Position numbers and translations under genes: made by a program. The notes beneath the pieces are model-generated. The model was not told where the DNA came from and made no database searches. It saw nothing but the letters and a program-made list of their open reading frames with translations. From Gemmatimonas sp. (GTDB taxonomy: Bacteria > Gemmatimonadota > Gemmatimonadetes > Gemmatimonadales > Gemmatimonadaceae), in the NCBI GenBank assembly GCA_965279375.1, contig OZ257156.1:3072001-3136000 (forward strand): a stretch of DNA of 64,000 nucleotides, given 5' to 3'. Numbering within the stretch: the first letter of the stretch is position 1; each line of letters begins with the position of its first letter. Of this stretch, positions 56,478-64,000 are shown in pieces.

Positions 56478-58393
56478 TGGCTACCGTCGCGGAGACCAAC
56501 GTGCGCGACTCCACCCAACGCGACACCAACGGGCGCAACGCGGATGTGCGCAAAGCCGTGGCGCGCGAAGAGGGGATGCCGGACGACGACGCGCTGTTGA
56601 CGGCGGCGTTGCTCGCGATTGACGCACGTGGACTCGGCGGCGTGGTACTCGATCATCCGATGCACGAACACGCGCGTGCCTACAGCGATGCGGTGCAACG
56701 ATTCCTGCCGGCGAATGCGCCAACGCGACGCGTACCGATCGGTGTGTCGGCGGACCGATTGATCGGCGGTGTCGACCTCGCCGCAACCTTGAGCAGCGGC
56801 CGCCTCGTGTCCGAGCGCGGCGTGTTGGCGGCAGCCGACGGCGGGGTTGTCGTGTTGCCGATGGTGGAGCGTGCAACCACCGCGGTGCGCACGACGCTTT
56901 CGGAAGTACTCGACAGCGGCGCGCTGCAGGTGGCGCGTGATGGCATCGCCACGCGTCATGACGTGCGCGTGGTTGCCGTGTTGCTCGATGAGTCCGTCGA
57001 AGACGAAGCGGTGCACCCCGCGCTGATCGATCGTGTGGCGTTTCGCGTCGTACTGCGCGACGGCATCGAGCCGGAGGAGGCAACGGCGTGGCTGTCTCGG
57101 GTTCACGACGCGCGCGCTCGGCTTTCGGGTGTCACGGTAGACGATGCGTGGGTGGAAGCAATCTGCGAGACCGCCGAAGCGTTTGGCATCGCGTCCGCGC
57201 GCGCGCCGCTGTTCGCGCTGCGTTGTGCGCGCGCACACGCTGCACTCGCCGGTCGCGTCGCGGTGAGCGAGGCCGACGCGGAAGCCGCGGCACGTCTGGT
57301 ACTGACGCCGCGCGCGACGCGCTTGCCGGCCGAGCCGCCTCCGCCGCCACCCGAGCAAGAGCCGCCTCCGCCAGACGCGTCGAACGCGCCGGACGAGCCG
57401 CCTCCACCGCCGGAGCAGAACATGGAGCCGCCTCCCCCGGACTCCAACGACGATGCGCCCGACGAACCGCAGAACGACGACGCCGATCAGCCGTTGCCAA
57501 GTGAGGCCGACGTGCTGCGCGCGGCCGTTGAGGCCGCGTTGCCGCCCGGGTTGCTGGAGCAGTTGATGGCGCGTGCAACGTCGGGCACGGTGCAGGGGCG
57601 TGTGGGCGCGGAGGAGCAGAGCATGGTGCGCGGCCGTCCGCGCGGCGCACGTGCCGGGCTGCCGCGCGGTGGAGCACGATTGCATCTGCTGGAGACGCTG
57701 CGTGCCGCCGCGCCGTGGCAGAAGGTGCGTGGGCGGAGCGTCGCGCCGATGTCGCGCGTGTCGATTCGACGTGAGGATTTCCGCATCCGCCGCTTTGTGG
57801 AGCGAACTGGAACGACGGTGATCTTTCTCGTGGATGCGTCAGGTTCGGCGGCGCTGCAGCGACTGTCCGAAGCGAAGGGGGCGATCGAGCTGCTATTGGC
57901 CGAGAGCTACGCGCGACGCGATCGCGTGAGTCTCATCGCATTCCGTGGTAAGGGCACCGAGGTGCTGCTTCCGCCAACCCGCGCACTCGCTCGGGCGAAG
58001 AAGGTTCTCGCGGCGATGCCGGGCGGGGGCGGAACTCCGATCGCGACGGCCATCGACATGGCGGCGCAGCAGGCACTCGCGACGCGCCGTGATGGTAGTT
58101 CGCCGCTGGTGGTGATGCTGAGCGACGGGCGCGGAAACATCGCGCGTGACGGGACGCCCGGACGCCCCGGCGCTGAGAAGGACGCGATGGCGGCGGCAGC
58201 AGCGTTCGCGCAGTTGGGTGTGTTGTCGTTGTTCGTGGATACGTCACCGCGTGGAGAAGCCGTCGCGCGCCGAATCGCCGACGTGATGCGCGCACGCTAC
58301 GTGCTGCTGCCGTACGCCGACGCCAAGGCACTCGGCGGTTTGATCAAGACGGCCAAGCAGATGGCCGAATCGCCGGCGGGGAGCCGTCCATGA
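56477..58393 (+). CDS. bchD: Magnesium chelatase subunit D
   Basis: AAA-like N-terminus, Pro/acidic linker, vWA domain (DASGS, GGGGTP, SDGRGN); start uncertain. Confidence 0.93.
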   Translation: MATVAETNVRDSTQRDTNGRNADVRKAVAREEGMPDDDALLTAALLAIDARGLGGVVLDHPMHEHARAYSDAVQRFLPANAPTRRVPIGVSADRLIGGVDLAATLSSGRLVSERGVLAAADGGVVVLPMVERATTAVRTTLSEVLDSGALQVARDGIATRHDVRVVAVLLDESVEDEAVHPALIDRVAFRVVLRDGIEPEEATAWLSRVHDARARLSGVTVDDAWVEAICETAEAFGIASARAPLFALRCARAHAALAGRVAVSEADAEAAARLVLTPRATRLPAEPPPPPPEQEPPPPDASNAPDEPPPPPEQNMEPPPPDSNDDAPDEPQNDDADQPLPSEADVLRAAVEAALPPGLLEQLMARATSGTVQGRVGAEEQSMVRGRPRGARAGLPRGGARLHLLETLRAAAPWQKVRGRSVAPMSRVSIRREDFRIRRFVERTGTTVIFLVDASGSAALQRLSEAKGAIELLLAESYARRDRVSLIAFRGKGTEVLLPPTRALARAKKVLAAMPGGGGTPIATAIDMAAQQALATRRDGSSPLVVMLSDGRGNIARDGTPGRPGAEKDAMAAAAAFAQLGVLSLFVDTSPRGEAVARRIADVMRARYVLLPYADAKALGGLIKTAKQMAESPAGSRP

Positions 58394-59283
58394 GTTCGGT
58401 GGTGGAGGATGTCCCCGTGACGACGCAGATGTCGGTGCGCCGTCGGCTGCTGCCGGCGCTGCTGCGCGCGCGTCATCCGGATACGCTCGACAACGTGGAC
58501 ATCGCGACGCGCGAAACGACGTTGCGTGTGGCGATGCGATCGTTCTTCGTGGTCGTGCTGTTCTGGTGGAGCGCGACGGGGCTGATCTTTGCGCTGGAGC
58601 GCAGTCCGGCAACGCGCGCGCTCGGACTGCTGCTGGCCAGTGTCCTGGCCGTATGGGGTGCCTGGCTGTTGTGGGTGGAGCGCGACCGTGAGAGCGCGAG
58701 CGCGGCGCGGCGTGGCTTTCTCGGCGCGGCGTTTCTGTGGACGTGGGTGCAGGTGTCGTTCTACGGCGGCTGGATCGTCGGTCCGTCGTGGCTGGACATG
58801 CCAGTGCGCGCGGAGCCACCGACATTGCGCCACGCGGTCGATGCCATCAACGCGATGCTCTGGTATCAACTCGCGATGTTGCTCGTGCTCTGGGTCGCGG
58901 GGGTGCTCGTGGCGGGCCGCGCGAATCGTGTCGGGTGGTGGTCGCTGCTGGTCTTCTGGGGCACGCATCAGTTGGCCTGCATCAACATCTATCTCGGTGT
59001 CGAGAATCCGGGGCGTGGGTTCTTCCCCGAGCCTTTGGTCTATCTCGAGTCGTACTTTGGACCGCCGCGCAATTCGTGGCTGATGCCGGTGTCGATCGCA
59101 CTGCTGCTCGCACTTACGCTGCGCATGATCATCCATGCACTGCGCGACGCCACACCGATGCGTCGGCAGTCGATGATGCTGCTGACGGTGCTTGGCACGC
59201 TGGGGGTACTCGAGCTGGCGGTGCTGGCCACGCCGCTCAACCTCACACTCTGGCAGTGGTTCCTCGCCGTGCGCGGCTACTGA
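58390..59283 (+). CDS. puhE: Photosynthetic complex assembly protein PuhE
   Basis: WWSATGLI, GW..GP, N.YLGV, YL.SYFG; multiple TM helices. Confidence 0.8.
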   Translation: MSSVVEDVPVTTQMSVRRRLLPALLRARHPDTLDNVDIATRETTLRVAMRSFFVVVLFWWSATGLIFALERSPATRALGLLLASVLAVWGAWLLWVERDRESASAARRGFLGAAFLWTWVQVSFYGGWIVGPSWLDMPVRAEPPTLRHAVDAINAMLWYQLAMLLVLWVAGVLVAGRANRVGWWSLLVFWGTHQLACINIYLGVENPGRGFFPEPLVYLESYFGPPRNSWLMPVSIALLLALTLRMIIHALRDATPMRRQSMMLLTVLGTLGVLELAVLATPLNLTLWQWFLAVRGY

Positions 59284-59353
59284 CGGCGACCTCCGCCGCG
59301 ACCCATCCCGTGCTCTCGTGGTACAACCCGCCGAGTCTCCCAGGTATTGCACG

Positions 59354-60292
59354 ATGTCTCGTCGAACCCAAACGCTTTTCGTTCGATTGCGCGCGTGGGC
59401 TCGCCGTCTTCTGAGAGGTGCGCTGCTGCCGATCGCGGCGTTGTCGGCCTGCGACGCGCGACGCGCGGCGGAGGTGGTCTTCGTCGGCTCGCAGTTCACA
59501 CGGAGCGCGGGAATTCCGTACGATACCGGTGCACGGCAGCGACTCGACGTGTACCGCCCGATCAGTACCGACCCGACGCCGCGGCCGGTTCTGGTCTTCC
59601 TGTACGGAGGTCGATGGCAGTCGGGTGCGCGCGACGAGTACAGGCTCGCTGGCGATGCGATCACTCGGCGCGGCTACGTGGCAGTGATTCCCGACTACCG
59701 GCTGGCGCCGCCTGCACACTTTCCTGACTGGATCGACGACGCTGCGCACGCCTTGCGATGGGTTCGCGACAGCATCGCGAACTACGGCGGCGACACCTCC
59801 CGCATCTTCGTCGTCGGTCATTCGGCTGGCGCGCACACGGCGACCGTACTGAATCTGGACGACCGCTACCTCGTGCGAGCCGGGGTACAGCCTGAAACGG
59901 TGAAAGGCTATGTAGCGCTCGCAGGGCCGGTCGATACGGCGTGGACCGAGCCCGACGTGCAGGCACTGATGGGACCGCGTGAAGGGTGGCCGGCCACCTA
60001 TCCCGCGCAGCTGGTGTCGTCCACGCACCACCAGCCCTTGCTGTTCTTGCACGGCGCGAAGGACGAGACGGTACTGCCCGGTAACTCCGTGCGACTCGCG
60101 CGTCGTATCCGACAATTCGGAGGCGGCGCCTGCGCCAGGATTTATCCCGGACTCTCGCATAAATCGATTGTCGTGGCGTTCATGATTCCTCGACTGCCGA
60201 TCGCACCCGTCCTCGACGACGTCCTCGCGTTCTTCCGCGACCCTGCGCACGCACCCTGTAGCGCGTCCGACGCCGCGCCATCGCCGAAGTGA
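59354..60292 (+). CDS. Alpha/beta hydrolase (esterase/lipase), possible lipoprotein
   Basis: LDVY.P, YGGRW..G, DYRL.P, GHSAG, HG..D; LSAC lipobox-like. Confidence 0.85.
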   Translation: MSRRTQTLFVRLRAWARRLLRGALLPIAALSACDARRAAEVVFVGSQFTRSAGIPYDTGARQRLDVYRPISTDPTPRPVLVFLYGGRWQSGARDEYRLAGDAITRRGYVAVIPDYRLAPPAHFPDWIDDAAHALRWVRDSIANYGGDTSRIFVVGHSAGAHTATVLNLDDRYLVRAGVQPETVKGYVALAGPVDTAWTEPDVQALMGPREGWPATYPAQLVSSTHHQPLLFLHGAKDETVLPGNSVRLARRIRQFGGGACARIYPGLSHKSIVVAFMIPRLPIAPVLDDVLAFFRDPAHAPCSASDAAPSPK

Positions 60293-60312
60293 TCGTCGCC
60301 GACAACGACGCT

Positions 60313-62373
60313 CTAGAACAGGCTCACCGTTTCCTCATCGTATACTGGTTCGGCAAGCGTGGCGGGGCCGCCCCGCCTGTGGTTCGGTCGAGTCTTGCGG
60401 CGATGCACAGCTGAACTTGGCCGAGCGTCTGGCGCGTTTTCGGGGCGCCGAGTAGCGCTGAGCGTGAAGCCACTCACCAGGTCCTGTAGCGTCGCCGCCT
60501 GGCTCGAGAGTTCCACGGCGGCACTCGCCGACTCCTCCGCGTTGCTCGCTACGGACTGCGTGGTCGCATTCATCTGCGAGGCGGCAGAGTTGAGTTGCCC
60601 AACGCCTTCGGCCTGCTGCGCGCTGGTGTTGGCGATGTCGCTGATCACTTCGCCGAGCTGATTCACTTGCACGTGTATCTGCGACAGTCGTCCGTTGACG
60701 ACGCCATTGAGACGATGCCCGGTCTGCGCGTGCCGAACGCTGTCTTCGATCAACGCCGTCGTCGTGCGTGCGGCTTCGGCGCTCCGAATCGCGAGACTCC
60801 GCACCTCGTCCGCCACGACGGCGAATCCGCGGCCGGCGTCACCCGCGCGCGCAGCTTCGACCGCAGCATTCAGCGCGAGCAAGTTGGTCTGGAAGGCGAT
60901 CTCGTCGATGGTCTTGACGATGCGTGCCGTCTGCGCGCTCGATGAGGTAATCTGTTCCATCGCTTCGGAGAGCTGCGACATGTCGGTCACGCCGGCGGTG
61001 GCGAGCGTACGGGCGGACGCTGCGAGCTCACGCGCCTGATTGGCATGTTCCGAACTGGTGCGTGCCATCGAGGCCAGCTCAGCAAGGCTCGCTGTCGTCT
61101 CTTCGAGGCTTGCGGCTTGATTGGCCGCGCCGTGGGCCAGCGCATCGCTACCGCTGCTGATCTCCGTACCAGCGGCGGCCACTTGCTCAGCTGCCGCGGC
61201 AACTTCGGCGAGTGCCTGATCCAGGTTGGCGACCGCCGTGTTGAGTGCCGATTGCATCACGGTGTACTCGCCGCGATAGACGCCGGTCATTCGCGCCGAC
61301 ATGTCACGGTCGGCCACTCGCTGCAGTACGGTCGATGCTTCGCGCAGCGGAACACCGACAGCATCCATCACGCGATTGAGCCCGCGCGCGAGATCGGCGA
61401 ACGCCCCTTCATGTTTGGTCTCATCGGCACGCGTTTGCAGGTCGCCGGCGGAGGCGGCCGTGTTGAGCGTGGCTGAGTCGGTGACGATGGCGCTGACGCT
61501 CTTCTGCGCGCGATTCAGCGAGTCGATGGAGGAGCGGCACTTCTCGATGATGCTGTTGATGGTCTGCGAGAGATCTCCGAATTCGTCCTTGCTCGTGATC
61601 TTCAGCGGTGGGGTGGTGGCTTCCAACCGCCCCGACAGATCGCCACGCGCCATGCCAGACGCGATCTGATCGATCCCGGTGATGCAATTTGCGCGCAGCG
61701 CAGTCGCGCGCTCCATGACGGCATTGATTGGACGAAGGATGGCGCGTGTCAACGTGATCTGGCCGATGGCGCAGGCCAGCAACATCAGCAGAAAGGCCGT
61801 CAGCGCGACCGCGAGCGCTCGCGTGTACGTGCTGCCCGAACTGGCGGTCGCGGCGTTCGACTCCTGGTGAATCGCCTCGTTAACCTCCGAGAGCACGGAG
61901 ATCGCCTTGTCTGCGACAGGCGTCGCCTCGGTGAGAATCAGTCGGGCGCCCGCTGCATCGCCGTTGGCAGACGCGTCGATGGCGGCGGTGGCCGTGGCGA
62001 GAAAGGTGCTCCAGCCCGCATCGAAGTCCGCCAGCTCCTTCTTCGAGGAGGCAGTGGAGTACAGCTTCATCAGGTGACTCTGCGCCACTTCCACGGCTTG
62101 AGCTGCCGAGTCTACGCGGGCGCGCGAGCGGCGTTCGGAGACGTCGCTGATCACGAAGTCCACCGCAGCGGTCCGATAGCCCTGCGCTGCTCGAAGCAGC
62201 GTGGCACTGGCATCGAGCGCCGGCATCCAGGTGTTGCTGATCAACTCCGCCTGTTGATGCACGGATCGAAGCTGCAGCACATTGATGAGCGAGGCAGACG
62301 CCGTGATGAAGCCGACCAGCGCGAAGCACAGGCTGAGCTTTCGCGCAACCTTGAGATTGGAGAACCAGGACAT
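60313..62373 (-). CDS. Methyl-accepting chemotaxis protein (4-helix-bundle sensor, HAMP domains)
   Basis: Two TM helices; [34 protein letters not shown]. Confidence 0.93.
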   Translation of the reverse strand: MSWFSNLKVARKLSLCFALVGFITASASLINVLQLRSVHQQAELISNTWMPALDASATLLRAAQGYRTAAVDFVISDVSERRSRARVDSAAQAVEVAQSHLMKLYSTASSKKELADFDAGWSTFLATATAAIDASANGDAAGARLILTEATPVADKAISVLSEVNEAIHQESNAATASSGSTYTRALAVALTAFLLMLLACAIGQITLTRAILRPINAVMERATALRANCITGIDQIASGMARGDLSGRLEATTPPLKITSKDEFGDLSQTINSIIEKCRSSIDSLNRAQKSVSAIVTDSATLNTAASAGDLQTRADETKHEGAFADLARGLNRVMDAVGVPLREASTVLQRVADRDMSARMTGVYRGEYTVMQSALNTAVANLDQALAEVAAAAEQVAAAGTEISSGSDALAHGAANQAASLEETTASLAELASMARTSSEHANQARELAASARTLATAGVTDMSQLSEAMEQITSSSAQTARIVKTIDEIAFQTNLLALNAAVEAARAGDAGRGFAVVADEVRSLAIRSAEAARTTTALIEDSVRHAQTGHRLNGVVNGRLSQIHVQVNQLGEVISDIANTSAQQAEGVGQLNSAASQMNATTQSVASNAEESASAAVELSSQAATLQDLVSGFTLSATRRPENAPDARPSSAVHRRKTRPNHRRGGPATLAEPVYDEETVSLF

Positions 62374-62380
62374 GAGCGTC

Positions 62381-63973
62381 TCAGCGGCTGTGGACGAATG
62401 CTCGCCGTGATGCTTTGGCCGGTGGCGCGGCGGCGCGCGACGTGCGGTGCATCGGTGCGGGCGGTTCCTCGTCGGCCGCGAATGCGCTGACCGCCTCGGC
62501 GAGTCCTTCAGCACGGTCGCGCAGTTCCATCGCCGCCGCACTTCCTTCTTCTGCGTTGGCCGCGACCGTCTGGGTGACGCTGTTGATCTGTTCGATCGCG
62601 ATGGCGATCTGTGCGACGCCCTGCCCCTGCTGTTCGCTTGCCTCCGCGATTTCGCCCATGGCCGCGCTGACCCGCTCTGCCTGCCGCGCGATGGAGGAAA
62701 GCGTCACGAGCACGTCCTCGTTCAGCCGGACACCGTCGGCCGTGCTTTGCACCGACTCCGCGATGAGCGTCGTCGTGTTGCGTGCGGCCTCCGCGCTGCG
62801 TAGCGCGAGGCTGCGTACTTCTTCTGCGACCACGGCGAAGCCACGTCCTGCGTCGCCCGCCCGAGCCGCCTCTACGGCGGCGTTCAGTGCCAGCAGATTC
62901 GTCTGAAAGGCGATCTCGTCGATCGTCTTGATGATCTTCGCGGTGGCGTCCGCGCCGGCCTTGATCCGTCGCATCGCGTCCGTGAGCCGATCCATCGTCA
63001 CGACGCCCGCCGCTGCTGTCTTGCGCGACTCGTCGGCCAGCGTGCGCGCCTCGTTGGTGTGGCCAGCGCTCTGCCGTGACATACTGGTCAGCTCCTGCAG
63101 GCTGGCCGTCACCTCTTCGAGCGACGCTGCTTGCGAGGACGCGCCATCGGCGAGTACGGCGCTGCTCGCGCGAATGGCGGAGGACGTCTCGAGAATCTCC
63201 TCCGCCGCATGTGTGACCGTCACCATGGTGTTCGACAGTTCTTCCATGGCCTGATTGAAGTGCGCCTGCACCTCAGCGTTTCGTTCGGTGAAGGAGCCGT
63301 GTACGCGCGTGGTGAGATCGCCACTCGCCAGCCGAGCCAGCGCGCCGCTGATCTCGTCGAGGAATCGCACTGCCTCACCCTTGAGCAGCGTCTCGACACG
63401 TTCCTGTCGCGCGTCTGTCAGCGCCGTCACGACAATGGCGATGTCCGCCTGCAGGATGCGATCGAACGCGCGCTGGAATCGACGGTATTCCGCGTTCGAG
63501 GCGCCGCTGTGCTCCACGGCCGCCAGCATGTACTCGCGGATCACTTCGTACATTGCGACGTACCAATTGGAATCGAGATTGATTCGTTCGTGGACCTTGC
63601 CCACCACTCGGCGATACTCGACGTACTGATCGTCGATCGATCCGGTGAACATGGCGAGCACGTAGCGTGTGATCAGTGGACGCTGGCGGTCCACCGTGGT
63701 GTGTTGCGCGATGATGCTGGCGGTTTCCTGGGTGCGACCGATGTGCGCGTAGAACGCGTCGATCATCTTGTCGCAGGCGGCCTTGCACACGGGCTCCCAC
63801 GTACGGATCACACCGAGATCGTGTGGGCTCAACTGCAGGAATTCAAGGCGTCGACGTACGTCGGGATCTGTCACCGACACGGAACCAACTGGATACTCAC
63901 GCTCCGCAAGGGCGGCGGACGAACGACCGAAGAATCCGAACATGTGCGAACCATCCTGATTGCGCGAGCGCAT
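62381..63973 (-). CDS. Globin-coupled chemoreceptor (HemAT-like, soluble)
   Basis: Sensor globin ([17 protein letters not shown]...WY) fused to an MCP signalling domain; no TM helix; start may be 63943. Confidence 0.88.
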   Translation of the reverse strand: MRSRNQDGSHMFGFFGRSSAALAEREYPVGSVSVTDPDVRRRLEFLQLSPHDLGVIRTWEPVCKAACDKMIDAFYAHIGRTQETASIIAQHTTVDRQRPLITRYVLAMFTGSIDDQYVEYRRVVGKVHERINLDSNWYVAMYEVIREYMLAAVEHSGASNAEYRRFQRAFDRILQADIAIVVTALTDARQERVETLLKGEAVRFLDEISGALARLASGDLTTRVHGSFTERNAEVQAHFNQAMEELSNTMVTVTHAAEEILETSSAIRASSAVLADGASSQAASLEEVTASLQELTSMSRQSAGHTNEARTLADESRKTAAAGVVTMDRLTDAMRRIKAGADATAKIIKTIDEIAFQTNLLALNAAVEAARAGDAGRGFAVVAEEVRSLALRSAEAARNTTTLIAESVQSTADGVRLNEDVLVTLSSIARQAERVSAAMGEIAEASEQQGQGVAQIAIAIEQINSVTQTVAANAEEGSAAAMELRDRAEGLAEAVSAFAADEEPPAPMHRTSRAAAPPAKASRRAFVHSR

Positions 63974-64000
63974 CGTTGCTCTGGATCACTCAGCGTCGAG

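Noticed and set aside
57330..57490. GAGCCGCCTCC repeats as a DNA element
   Set aside because: They encode the normal Pro/acidic linker of BchD

Overview
GC-rich bacterial DNA, most likely from a phototrophic Gemmatimonas-like member of Gemmatimonadota (inferred from the split puhA, the pufB-pufA-pufA-pufLMC order and the overall gene arrangement). About 11.9-59.3 kb is a photosynthesis gene cluster (PGC) for a type-II reaction centre. It contains a leftward bchG-bch2-bchP-hemA-hemE-hemF-hemG run, aerR-ppsR, bchFNBHLM-bciE-acsF-lhaA-puhA(Ht/Hc)-puhBC, pufBAALMC, bchO, crtF, bchCXYZ and bchID-puhE, with paired PpsR-type palindromes at five promoter regions. Between puhC and pufC lies a non-photosynthetic ~6.2 kb five-gene module: a TerY-type vWA protein, a PP2C phosphatase, a Ser/Thr kinase and two paralogous single-pass membrane proteins I cannot assign. 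This is the best candidate for an undescribed system. The left flank has a BNR/VPS10 protein, yccF, an AAC(2')-like GNAT, a NIPSNAP protein, iscS-mnmA, two paralogous Zn-ribbon membrane proteins and bshB1-kynA-kynB. The right flank has an esterase and two chemoreceptors, one globin-coupled. Other observations: two probable CTG-start genes, a 54-aa second antenna alpha gene missed by the ORF track, D-(S/T)-hydrophobic motifs resembling O-glycosylation sequons, a ~150-170 bp palindrome and a 4x13 bp tandem repeat. No rRNA, tRNA, CRISPR array or transposase was recognised. All calls come from reading motifs by eye; no searches were run.
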